Assembly: GCA_028716945.1 (NCBI GenBank)
Contig: JAQUOT010000001.1
Span: forward strand, 402,471-466,470
DNA length: 64,000 bases
Reading direction: 5' to 3'
From: Candidatus Nanoarchaeia archaeon
GTDB taxonomy: Archaea; Nanobdellota; Nanobdellia; SCGC-AAA011-G17; JAFCDX01
Shown: in pieces, positions 46,043-55,454 of the stretch
How the letters are laid out: each line of letters begins with the position of its first letter
Numbering within the stretch: the first letter of the stretch is position 1
The notes under the pieces: model-generated
What the model was told of the DNA's origin: nothing
Seen by the model: only the letters and a program-made list of their open reading frames with translations
Databases searched by the model: none
Position numbers and translations under genes: made by a program

Positions 46043-47413
46043 ATTTCATTAGATAAGTTTTTTAATCCAAGTTCAATAGCAGTTATAGGTGTTTCTAGGG
46101 AAGAAAATAAGGTTGGTCATGTAGTATTCAATAACCTTATTTCGAGCTTTAAAGGCAAAATATATGGTGTAAACCCTAATGCAGATTATGTTTTAGGTTT
46201 CAAGTCTCATTCTAGTATTAAGGATATTAAAGACCCTGTAGAACTAGCTATTATCTGTATACCTGCAGGTTTTGTTTTAGAAGCAGTCAAAGATTGTGCT
46301 AAAAAAGGGGTAAAAAATGTATTAATCATAAGTTCTGGTTTTTCAGAAATTGGAAATATTGATCTTGAAAATCAATTAAAAGATTTGTTAAACAAAAATA
46401 ATATGCAAGCAGTTGGAGTAAATTGTTTGGGTGTTTTAGATACTTTTTCAAGTTTAGATACAATATTTATCCCAAAAAATAGAATGAAGCGTCCAAGAAA
46501 GGGATATATTTCTTTTGTTACTCAATCTGGAGCTTTAGGTTTAGCTTTGCTAGATTTACTTGCAACAGAAAACTATGGATTTTCAAAATTCGTTTCTTAT
46601 GGTAATGGTACAAATGTTGATGAAGCAGATTATTTAGAATTTTTAAAAGATGATGAAAATACAAAAGTAATTTGTGTTTATATTGAAGCAGTAAAAGATG
46701 GAAAAAAATTCATGAAAATTGCTTCTGAAGTTGCAAAGAAAAAACCTGTTATAATAATCAAGGGAGGAAAAACAGAAAAAGGAGCACAAGCAGCTTTATC
46801 TCATACTGGTTCTTTAGCAGGTTCTCAAGAAATTTATTCTTCTGTGTTCAAACAATGCAAATTAATTGAAGTAAACACTTTAAGAGAAATGTTTAATCTT
46901 GCTAAACTATTTGAAAAATTAGAATTGATGAATTTAAAACCCAAAGGTAAAAAAATACAAATCATTACAAATGGTGGAGGATATGGAATATTAACTGCAG
47001 ATTCTGTTTCAGAAAATAATTTGGAATTACCAGAAATTTCAATTAATTTGAAAAAAGAATTGAAGAAAAAATTAGCTCCAATAGTAACAGTAAAAAATCC
47101 TTTAGATTTAACAGGAATTGCTAAAGATTCTGATTATAAATTTGTATTAGAAAATTGTATTAAAGAAAAAGATATAGATATATTATTAACCATTGTTTTA
47201 CCTCAAACGCCGTTGATATCTGAAAACATAGTAAATTTATTTTCAGAAATTAATAATCAAAAGAAAAAACCTTTAGTTGTTATTTCTACAGGAGGAGATT
47301 TTACTAAATTTATTAAAAATAGAATGGAAGACCAAAATATTCCTGTGTTTGAATTCCCCGGAGATGCAGTAAAAGCTATTAAAAGAATGGTAGATTATTA
47401 TAATAAGAATTAA
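46043..47413 (+). CDS. acdA: Acetate--CoA ligase (ADP-forming) alpha subunit; probable ATT start
   Basis: Open frame from ATT 46043: (M)SLDKFFNPSSIAVIG CoA-binding domain; QSGA, SHTGSLAG, NPLDL; SD GAGGTG at 46032-46037. Confidence 0.88.
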   Translation: MSLDKFFNPSSIAVIGVSREENKVGHVVFNNLISSFKGKIYGVNPNADYVLGFKSHSSIKDIKDPVELAIICIPAGFVLEAVKDCAKKGVKNVLIISSGFSEIGNIDLENQLKDLLNKNNMQAVGVNCLGVLDTFSSLDTIFIPKNRMKRPRKGYISFVTQSGALGLALLDLLATENYGFSKFVSYGNGTNVDEADYLEFLKDDENTKVICVYIEAVKDGKKFMKIASEVAKKKPVIIIKGGKTEKGAQAALSHTGSLAGSQEIYSSVFKQCKLIEVNTLREMFNLAKLFEKLELMNLKPKGKKIQIITNGGGYGILTADSVSENNLELPEISINLKKELKKKLAPIVTVKNPLDLTGIAKDSDYKFVLENCIKEKDIDILLTIVLPQTPLISENIVNLFSEINNQKKKPLVVISTGGDFTKFIKNRMEDQNIPVFEFPGDAVKAIKRMVDYYNKN

Positions 47414-48024
47414 ATTTCGTTTTTTCCTTTGTAACGTCCACGTTTCTCAACTTTTTCAAGTTGTTTTATAATTTCATTGTAATTTGTAGATTTTTCTTTA
47501 TAACCTTTTAAGAAATTTTCATAAGATTTTTCAAAATGAGTATAATGTTTTGATTCAAGTGCTTGTTTAAACAAGTGTATATCTACTGCCTTGTCTTCAT
47601 TTTTAATAGAAAAGAATCCTAAACCAAAATCAATGAAATAAATTTTTTCATCTTTTAATATCATATTACTTGTTGTTAAATCTCCATGAATTATATTTTC
47701 ATTATGTAACAAAGCAGTTTGATTTCCAATGATTTTTAATAATGTTTCACGTTCTTTATCATTAATAGAATCTAGATATTCAGATAATTTTTTACCATCA
47801 ATGAATTCCATATGAATTTGCATGGTTTTATCATTAGAATCAAGGACTTTTGGTATTGGTATTACTTTAGAAGCTTTTTCTAGTAATTTGGTTTCAGATC
47901 TTGTTCTTAATTTTCTTATTTTATCATCAATCTCTTTTATTCTATACTTTTTAACAATCCTATCTTTTACTAAAACTCCATCTTCATGCTTTAATACTGC
48001 TTCAGCACCTTGTCCAATTATCAT
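47410..48024 (-). CDS. bud32: KEOPS complex kinase Bud32
   Basis: GQGAEA, HGDLTTSN, IDFGL, EDKAVD, RGRY. Confidence 0.94.
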   Translation of the reverse strand: MIIGQGAEAVLKHEDGVLVKDRIVKKYRIKEIDDKIRKLRTRSETKLLEKASKVIPIPKVLDSNDKTMQIHMEFIDGKKLSEYLDSINDKERETLLKIIGNQTALLHNENIIHGDLTTSNMILKDEKIYFIDFGLGFFSIKNEDKAVDIHLFKQALESKHYTHFEKSYENFLKGYKEKSTNYNEIIKQLEKVEKRGRYKGKNEI

Positions 48025-48107
48025 CTTTTTTAATAACAAATTAAATTTAAAAACCTTCGTATAGATAACTTTATAAAATTAAAAATTAGATATTTTATAG
48101 GTGTTAC

Positions 48108-49016
48108 ATGGTAAAAAGAGGATTAATAAACACAGTTTTAATGGTTTTATTATTTTTAATAACTATCTCTTCTGTTAAAGCAATGGGAATTGGAATGTGT
48201 TTAGAAGCACATATTACAGATATAAGTCCAACTTCAATAGATGTAGGAGAAGAATTTACAGTAGGAATTTTAATAGATAATTGTGGTTATACTGTTCCTC
48301 CTTATGTTACTTTTGAATTAAGAGAAGTAAGCCCTTACATGCAAGTTCTTGAACCCTTAAAACAACAAATAGAAAAAGTAGGTTATGCAACAAGTGATAG
48401 ATTTTTACTTTTCCATATAAAACCTACAGATGATGTTGTTCCAGGAACTTACGTTTTCAAATATAGATTAACTTATGGAAGTTTAAATGCAACAATAAAT
48501 AATGATGGAGAATTTTCTGTTAAAATAATAGGGGACAAAGCCAAATTAAATATCGCTTCAATGAAAACAAAACCAACTTTACCTAAAGAAGGAGAAGAAG
48601 TTGAATTAACTTTAAGAGTAGAAAACTATGGAGAGGGAAGTGCAAATTCAATTAAAATAATATTAGATCATCCTTTTGAAGGAATAAAAGAATCTTTTTT
48701 AGGTACTTTAGATTCTAATGAAGATGGTCCTGCTGTATTTACTTTTATTGCTCCAAAAGAAGGAGAATATAAAATTCCAGTATTAATTACCTATAAAGAT
48801 GATTTAGGTAGTCATGAAGTTAAGTCAGAAGTTAATGTAACTATTTTAAATAAACCAACAAATATTTTTAGAATATTATTAATAATCCTTACAGCAGGAT
48901 TAATAGGATATATAATTTATTATTTAATACAAATTGCTGAGAAAAAAGAAATTATAATAAAACAATTAATGAATGGAAATAATATTAAAAAAGAAAGAAC
49001 TTCTAAAAAGAAATAA
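48108..49016 (+). CDS. COG1361-like S-layer domain protein associated with ABC exporter
   Basis: Signal peptide, two Ig-like domains (ENYGEGSA), C-terminal TM. Confidence 0.75.
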   Translation: MVKRGLINTVLMVLLFLITISSVKAMGIGMCLEAHITDISPTSIDVGEEFTVGILIDNCGYTVPPYVTFELREVSPYMQVLEPLKQQIEKVGYATSDRFLLFHIKPTDDVVPGTYVFKYRLTYGSLNATINNDGEFSVKIIGDKAKLNIASMKTKPTLPKEGEEVELTLRVENYGEGSANSIKIILDHPFEGIKESFLGTLDSNEDGPAVFTFIAPKEGEYKIPVLITYKDDLGSHEVKSEVNVTILNKPTNIFRILLIILTAGLIGYIIYYLIQIAEKKEIIIKQLMNGNNIKKERTSKKK

Positions 49017-49018
49017 AA

Positions 49019-50230
49019 ATGTGGAAGGATGTAAAAGTAGGATTTGTTTTAGCTTCAAATACTTTAAAGAGAGGAAATAAAAAAACCACAATTTTTACTA
49101 TCATTGTTCTAGCTTTAATTTTTATCAATTTTGTTTTTTTGCCTGCTATGATAAATGGTATGCAGGGGATTTTTATTAATACTATGACTGATTACGTTTA
49201 TGGTTCAATTACAATAGAACCTTTAGAAGATCATCCTTATATTACAAGTGCAGATACTTTACTTAAAAAAATAACAAGTGTAACTGGAGTTCTTGCAGCA
49301 ACAAAAAGACTAGGAGCAGGAGCCACGATTACGTACAAAGAAAAATATGTTGGTTCAAATATTTATGGAATAATTCCGGGAGAAGAATCTCAAATTTCTA
49401 AATTTCAAGAGGTCATGCGTGAAGGTGATTTTTTAACTGAAATGTCTCGTGATGAAATCGTTCTTGGTAATTATGTTTCTGGAGAAGAAGGAGGACCTGA
49501 ATTATTAAAGGGCCTTGGGGGGGTTACAACAGGAACAATAGTTAATGTAACTTATAATAATGGTGTAACAAAACAATACAAAGTTAAAGGAATTTTTAAA
49601 GGAGGTTCAGAAGTTTCAGATACAGTAGCTTTAGTTCATTTCAAAGAATTAGAAGATATACTTGGAGTGCAAGGACAAGACAAAGCTTCTACTATAATTG
49701 TTAAAACAAATATTATTGGTATAGAACCCGAAGTAAAAGAAGAATTAATTTATCTTGGTGTAAAAGAAAAGATAGATACTTGGCAAGAAAAAATTAAAGA
49801 TGTTTTAAAAGATGCAATGCAAATATTTTCTTTGTTAACAATAAGTTCAAGAGTTGTTGGTATGATAATTGCAGTTTTTGTATTGTTTATGATGATTTAT
49901 ATTAATACTGTAAACAAGAGAAAACAAATTGGAATTTTAAAAGCAATAGGTATTACAGAGCAATCTATAATTTATTCAAGAATATTTATGAGTGTTTTTT
50001 ATGCAATTGGAGGAATAATTTTAGGTTCAATAATATTATTATTTTTATTATTATACTTTAAAGAAAATCCAATCCACTTTTATGAAACAATGTCTTTTTC
50101 GCCTGTATTGGAACCAAATATAACAATTCAGGCTTTGTTAAGTTTGTTAATTACAAGTTTCTTTGCAGGTTTGATTCCTGCTTGGCTTGTAACAAGAGAA
50201 CCAATATTAAAATCTATATGGGGAAGATAA
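49019..50230 (+). CDS. ABC exporter permease (MacB/LolE/FtsX-like)
   Basis: KRKQIGILKAIG, GLIPAW. Confidence 0.9.
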   Translation: MWKDVKVGFVLASNTLKRGNKKTTIFTIIVLALIFINFVFLPAMINGMQGIFINTMTDYVYGSITIEPLEDHPYITSADTLLKKITSVTGVLAATKRLGAGATITYKEKYVGSNIYGIIPGEESQISKFQEVMREGDFLTEMSRDEIVLGNYVSGEEGGPELLKGLGGVTTGTIVNVTYNNGVTKQYKVKGIFKGGSEVSDTVALVHFKELEDILGVQGQDKASTIIVKTNIIGIEPEVKEELIYLGVKEKIDTWQEKIKDVLKDAMQIFSLLTISSRVVGMIIAVFVLFMMIYINTVNKRKQIGILKAIGITEQSIIYSRIFMSVFYAIGGIILGSIILLFLLLYFKENPIHFYETMSFSPVLEPNITIQALLSLLITSFFAGLIPAWLVTREPILKSIWGR

Positions 50231-50232
50231 AA

Positions 50233-50916
50233 ATGATGAAGGTTAAAAATTTAATTAAAGTCTACAATCCTGAAACAATTCCAGTACATGCAGTAAATGG
50301 AATTTCTTTTGAAATAGAAAAAGGAGATTTTGTGGCAATAATTGGAGCATCTGGCTCTGGAAAGTCTACTTTATTACATATGCTTGGTTTGCTCGATCTT
50401 CCTACAAAAGGAGAATACACAATAAATAATTTAAATATAGTAAAATTACCAGAAGAAGAAAAAACTCTTTATAGATTATTACAAATAGGATATGTATTTC
50501 AAGAATATGCTTTGGTAGAAGAAATGACTGCTTTGGGAAATGTTTCTATACCTTTGATAATGCAAGGAAAATCAAAAAAAGAAGCTGAAAAATTGGCTAA
50601 AGAAGCATTAGATATTGTTGGATTAAGAGGAATGTATAATAGAACAGAAGATCAGTTATCTGGAGGAGAAAGACAAAGAGTTGCTATTGCTAGAGCCATA
50701 GTTGCAAAACCAAAAATATTATTTGCAGATGAACCTTGTGCTAATCTTGATTCAAAAACTTCTGAACAGGTTTTAGAGGTTTTTAAAAAATTAAATCATG
50801 AACTAAAATTAACTATTATTATGGTTACACATGAAGAATGGCATATTAAATATGCTGATAGAGTCATAAAACTTAGAGATGGTGTAATAGAATACGATAA
50901 AAGAAAAAACCATTAG
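50233..50916 (+). CDS. ABC transporter ATP-binding protein (LolD-like)
   Basis: GASGSGKST, LSGGERQR, ADEP, VTHE. Confidence 0.94.
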   Translation: MMKVKNLIKVYNPETIPVHAVNGISFEIEKGDFVAIIGASGSGKSTLLHMLGLLDLPTKGEYTINNLNIVKLPEEEKTLYRLLQIGYVFQEYALVEEMTALGNVSIPLIMQGKSKKEAEKLAKEALDIVGLRGMYNRTEDQLSGGERQRVAIARAIVAKPKILFADEPCANLDSKTSEQVLEVFKKLNHELKLTIIMVTHEEWHIKYADRVIKLRDGVIEYDKRKNH

Positions 50917-50944
50917 ATTTATAAGATTTATTACTATCTCCTTT

Positions 50945-51283
50945 ATGGGAGTAAAAATGAAATATATACCAATACTTTTAGTTTTAAGCCTATTATTTTT
51001 GGGCGGATGTGCAGAAAAAACAGGTATGGTTACAGCGGAAACTATTAAAGTAGAAGTAAGTGATGCTGGTTATTCGCCTGCAGAAGTTACTATAAACATA
51101 GGAGACACTATTTCTTGGGTAAATATGGGAACAAATGCTCATACAATTACTACAAAAGATAGATATCTAGACCTGTCAGCATATCCAAATCAAATAGTTA
51201 CAAAAACTTTTGATAAAACTGGAACTTACGAGTACTATTGTAAGATGCACCCAAACATGAAAGGAACAGTAATAGTACAATAA
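50945..51283 (+). CDS. Cupredoxin (plastocyanin/halocyanin-like) lipoprotein
   Basis: Lipobox LGGC; H...YYCKMHPNM copper ligands. Confidence 0.88.
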   Translation: MGVKMKYIPILLVLSLLFLGGCAEKTGMVTAETIKVEVSDAGYSPAEVTINIGDTISWVNMGTNAHTITTKDRYLDLSAYPNQIVTKTFDKTGTYEYYCKMHPNMKGTVIVQ

Positions 51284-51427
51284 GCCTATTTAAATTCATT
51301 TTTAAAAGACTTTTAATCTATTTAATTAACTTTATATACAAGTTATTTATAGGAAATAATGAGTATACTTTAATTTTTTAATTAAATTAGAGTATAACTA
51401 AATTAACAAGGTGTAAAAACAAACAAA

Positions 51428-51628
51428 ATGGAAAGAAGCGGAAATAGAAGATTTGGTGGCGGAGGCGGTGGATTCCACAAGAGTTTTGGACCCCGTGAGA
51501 TGCACAAAGCTGTATGCAGCGACTGTGGTAAGGAATGCGAAGTTCCTTTTAAGCCAAGCAATGATGCTGATGGTAACCCAAGACCTGTATATTGTAGAGA
51601 TTGCTACCAAAAACATAAAAAGTTCTAA
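51428..51628 (+). CDS. CxxC-x17-CxxC domain protein
   Basis: REMHKAVCSDCGKECEVPFKP...RPVYCRDCY with Gly-rich N-terminus. Confidence 0.9.
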   Translation: MERSGNRRFGGGGGGFHKSFGPREMHKAVCSDCGKECEVPFKPSNDADGNPRPVYCRDCYQKHKKF

Positions 51629-51667
51629 GTATTTAGAATAAGTATAAGTTTTTGTTAAATTCTTTTT

Positions 51668-52348
51668 TTATTTTTTTATTATTTCAATATGTTCTATTGT
51701 GTAAACTCCAGAATTATCTTTGAATTCTTTTTTTGCTTTTAAAATATTAATTTTTTTCTTAAATATCGGTCCATTAATTACTAAAGTTTCTGCTTCTCCA
51801 CCTTCAAAACCTAAATGAAATTGATATTTTTTACTTAATTTTTTTAATTCTTCTAAATTCTTTAAATCAATTTTTTTACCTAACCAAGATTCATCTAAAC
51901 CTTGCGCTGCAACAGCAGTTATTATTATTTCAAAGCCATTTTTTATTAATTCATTCCAATATTCTTCTATATTTTTTTTCCACAAAGGATTTATACATTT
52001 TATATTCAATTTATCACAAATTTTTTGAATTCTAGAACTTTGATAAACAGATTCAATTGCTCCTGTAACTAAACCTTCAATTTTATATTTTTTAATTGCT
52101 TCTTTAATTACTTTTTCAAGATCTTTTAGCTCTTCTTCTTTAATTCCTTTGGTTTCTTGTATTATTATTGGTAAATCTAAGCATTCTGCTTGTTTTTCAA
52201 CTAAATTTATGTTAGGAGTATGAAACATATAACTCTCTTTGTTTTTAGACATTAAAGAAATTAAACAAACCACTTCATGTTCTTGCATAGCCTTAAATAA
52301 AGCATAACAAGAATCTTTTCCACCAGAAAATAAAACACCAAGTTTCAT
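51668..52348 (-). CDS. dph6: Diphthine--ammonia ligase (Dph6)
   Basis: PP-loop SGGKDS, SYMFH, EGGEAET. Confidence 0.9.
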   Translation of the reverse strand: MKLGVLFSGGKDSCYALFKAMQEHEVVCLISLMSKNKESYMFHTPNINLVEKQAECLDLPIIIQETKGIKEEELKDLEKVIKEAIKKYKIEGLVTGAIESVYQSSRIQKICDKLNIKCINPLWKKNIEEYWNELIKNGFEIIITAVAAQGLDESWLGKKIDLKNLEELKKLSKKYQFHLGFEGGEAETLVINGPIFKKKINILKAKKEFKDNSGVYTIEHIEIIKK

Positions 52349-52352
52349 AGAA

Positions 52353-53402
52353 TTAATCTTCGTCTTCTTTTATTTCTTTTTTTAATTCTTTTATCTCTTC
52401 TTTTTTCTTCGCTTTTTTCTTTCGTACTTTTTTATGAATCTCAGTAAGTTGTACTTTTTGTTTAAATGTAAGTAATCTATCTTTTCCTTTTTGATGTAAT
52501 TCCATTATTTTTTTCTTATTTATATGGTTTCCAATCAATTTATATGCAGTTAATATTGAGACTAAAGCTGCAGCAATACCAGCAATATAAGTTAAATTTT
52601 CTTTAATTTTTTGACCTAAAGTTTTTTCTTGTTTTTTAGCACCACTTAATTTTTCTTTTAAATCAGTTACGGTTTCAGAAGCCAAGTCTAAACTTATTTT
52701 TGCATTTTTATAATTTTCTTGATAGAAATAAGTTTGTGCACTTTTAATATTAGTATTAATATCTTCTAAATCGCCTTTGTAAATATCAACTGGGAAACCT
52801 TCTAATTTTTTATTTTGATATTCTTGTTCTAATAAATTATATTCTTTTTTTAATGCAGCTAAAGTAGTTGATAATTCTGTAATATTAAATGTTTCAGTAG
52901 GTTGTTTTTCTTCTTCTACAACATATATACTTTTGATATCTTGTTTTAATAATTCATCATCTACATATAATTTTATAACTAAATCTATACTTCCAGATTT
53001 GGAAGCATCTATTTTTACAAAAGTATAATCTTTTTGACCTACAGGTAATTTATCTATAGGTATTTCTTCTTGTGTTTCAATTCCATTTCCAGACAATTTA
53101 GCATATACATTTGCTAAATCTTGTTCTCCCATATTTTTTAAAAGAATATTAATTTGATTTAATCCTAATTGTATTTTTTCTGGAGAAATTTTTTCAATGC
53201 TTAAATCTTCTTTACATTCATAACCTTCTTTATGACAGATTTCATTATCACATTTTATACAAGCTTCATCACATCGTGTTTCATTGCAGACAGTAATTGT
53301 TTCAGTAGGAGGTTCAGTTCCATTAGTTGGCAAAGTTTCTTCTGCAAAAACAATTCCCATACTTAAAATTAAAAATAAAATTATTATACCTAATTTCTTC
53401 AT
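52353..53402 (-). CDS. Exported protein with Cys-rich segment, Ig-like domain, coiled coil and TM anchor
   Basis: Signal peptide, six Cys, LKNMGE CARDB-like motif, TM and basic tail. Confidence 0.7.
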   Translation of the reverse strand: MKKLGIIILFLILSMGIVFAEETLPTNGTEPPTETITVCNETRCDEACIKCDNEICHKEGYECKEDLSIEKISPEKIQLGLNQINILLKNMGEQDLANVYAKLSGNGIETQEEIPIDKLPVGQKDYTFVKIDASKSGSIDLVIKLYVDDELLKQDIKSIYVVEEEKQPTETFNITELSTTLAALKKEYNLLEQEYQNKKLEGFPVDIYKGDLEDINTNIKSAQTYFYQENYKNAKISLDLASETVTDLKEKLSGAKKQEKTLGQKIKENLTYIAGIAAALVSILTAYKLIGNHINKKKIMELHQKGKDRLLTFKQKVQLTEIHKKVRKKKAKKKEEIKELKKEIKEDED

Positions 53403-53565
53403 TTTTATATCATCTCTATATAATTATTTTTAATATAAGTTACTTAAAAATCTTTCGGTTTTAAACTCAGTTTTAATGGTTTAAATGCCTTTTAAATTAA
53501 AAACTTTCTTTTAATAAAATATATAAACCTATTACAACTTCTTAATATAATAAAAAGAGGTTAAA

Positions 53566-53838
53566 ATGGAAAAATTTGTAAAATTAAATGCTCTAAAATT
53601 CGCATTAGCTGCCGGAATTTGGCTTGGAATATGTTTTATGTTTACAACCATTTCTAGTTTAGTTGGAGTTCCTGGATTAACTGATTTTAGTAAAATTCTT
53701 GTTTCTTGGTATGGTTGGTGGGGATATTCAATCTCAATTCAAGGAATTTTTATTGGAACATTTTATGGATTTATAGAAGGATTTGTACACTTTGGAATAT
53801 TTGCTTTGATATATAATAAACTTTTAAGTTGGAAATAA
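53566..53838 (+). CDS. Small membrane protein
   Basis: KLNALKFALA...YGFIEG...IYNKL; SD GAGG. Confidence 0.7.
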   Translation: MEKFVKLNALKFALAAGIWLGICFMFTTISSLVGVPGLTDFSKILVSWYGWWGYSISIQGIFIGTFYGFIEGFVHFGIFALIYNKLLSWK

Positions 53839-53839
53839 A

Positions 53840-54112
53840 ATGACAAAAAAACATTTTTCTGCAGAAGAAGCTAAAAAAATAGGTGAAAAATTAGGAATTA
53901 AATGGGATAAATGGGATGTTGAACAGTTTAGAATGGGGATGGATGTTGAATTAGAACATGGAACAATAAGCCCTAAAACCAATATAACTAATGATGATCC
54001 AATTATGACAGGAAAAATAGCTCTTGCTCATTTAAATGAATTTCCCGATTATTACACCAGGTTGGATAAACTAGAAAAAGAAGCAGATGAATTCTGGGGT
54101 AAAGAAGAATAA
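53840..54112 (+). CDS. DUF5661-like protein
   Basis: GMDVELEHG, KIALAHLNEFPDYYTRL. Confidence 0.8.
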   Translation: MTKKHFSAEEAKKIGEKLGIKWDKWDVEQFRMGMDVELEHGTISPKTNITNDDPIMTGKIALAHLNEFPDYYTRLDKLEKEADEFWGKEE

Positions 54113-54146
54113 CACATTTTAAATATTTTTCTTTCTTTCTTTTTAT

Positions 54147-54815
54147 ATGGATGCGATAATCTTAGCAGGGGGTAAGGGATTAAGAATGGATTCTGATGTA
54201 CCTAAAGCTTTAGTTGAAGTAAACAGAAAACCAATATTATTTCGACAACTTAATAAATTAGAAGGAAAAATCGATTCAGTAATGATTTCTTTGGGATATA
54301 AAGCTGAAGAAATAGAATCTGCTTTAATTGATAATTATATATTCAATGGTTTTGAAAATATACTTGTTTCTGCAGAAAAAAAACCTTTGGGAACTGCAGG
54401 AGCTTTAAAATACGCACTTACTCAATTTAAAAAAATAAAAAAAGAACTTTCTCATCATGTTTTAGTTTTTAATTGTGATGATTTAACAGATATAAATATA
54501 GATGAAATGAAAGAAATAAAATATAATACAATTTGCCTTGCTAATCCAATATTACCTTTTGGTTTACCTCATATTCATGGAAAGTATATTGCAGGATTTA
54601 AAGAAAAGCCAAAAATGGAAGATTGGTGGGTTTCTTGTGGTTGGTATGTTTTAAATAAAAATTTAGATATAGACTTACCAAATAAAGGTTCTTTAGAAAA
54701 AGATGTTTTCCCCAAAATGTATACTAGGTATTATAAACATTATGGATATTGGTTCCCTTTAAATAATTTAAAATCCGTTCAAGAATTTGAGAAAACTAAA
54801 ATAAAATTATCTTGA
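54147..54815 (+). CDS. Sugar-phosphate nucleotidyltransferase family protein
   Basis: ILAGGKGLR...PK, PLGTAGA, FKEKP. Confidence 0.88.
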   Translation: MDAIILAGGKGLRMDSDVPKALVEVNRKPILFRQLNKLEGKIDSVMISLGYKAEEIESALIDNYIFNGFENILVSAEKKPLGTAGALKYALTQFKKIKKELSHHVLVFNCDDLTDINIDEMKEIKYNTICLANPILPFGLPHIHGKYIAGFKEKPKMEDWWVSCGWYVLNKNLDIDLPNKGSLEKDVFPKMYTRYYKHYGYWFPLNNLKSVQEFEKTKIKLS

Positions 54816-55454
54816 TTTTATAACACCAACTCTTTTACAATATTTTCTTACAGGACAAATTGAACATTTTGGTGAAATAGGAACACAGATTGACTTTCCA
54901 AACAAAATTATCGTTGTATTAAATTCCATCCAGTATTTTCTTGGTAATATTTTCATTAATTCTAATTCGGTTTGTTCTGGAGTTTTAGTTTTAACCCAAC
55001 CCAATCTATTAGGTATTCTATGGCAATGAACGTCTATGGGTAGAACTTCTTGTCCATAAGCAAAAGATAGTACAATATTTGCAGTTTTAGGTCCAATTCC
55101 TTTAATAGATAACAAATCTTCTTTATTACTAGGTACTTTTGAATTAAACCTTTCGATTAATTCTTTAGAAACAGATTTTAAAACTCTAGATTTTTTCTTG
55201 TAATGCCCAGAACTATAAATTAACTTTTCTAATTTTTTAATGTTTATTTTTACAATGTCTTGAGGAGTTTTTATATGTTCAAATAGTCTAGAAGAGGCAA
55301 TTTCTGTGTTTTTATCCTGTGTTCTTAAAGATAATAAACAAGTAATTAAAACTTTGAAAGGACTTTCTGTTTTAGAAGTTCTTCTAATAGTAGGTTGTCT
55401 ATGACTAACATACGTTTTTAATAAAATATCCATAACTTTTGAAATATTATTCAT
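54807..55454 (-). CDS. nth: Endonuclease III
   Basis: HhH GIGPKTAN, DVH, C-x6-C-x2-C-x5-C Fe-S motif. Confidence 0.94.
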   Translation of the reverse strand: MNNISKVMDILLKTYVSHRQPTIRRTSKTESPFKVLITCLLSLRTQDKNTEIASSRLFEHIKTPQDIVKINIKKLEKLIYSSGHYKKKSRVLKSVSKELIERFNSKVPSNKEDLLSIKGIGPKTANIVLSFAYGQEVLPIDVHCHRIPNRLGWVKTKTPEQTELELMKILPRKYWMEFNTTIILFGKSICVPISPKCSICPVRKYCKRVGVIKSR

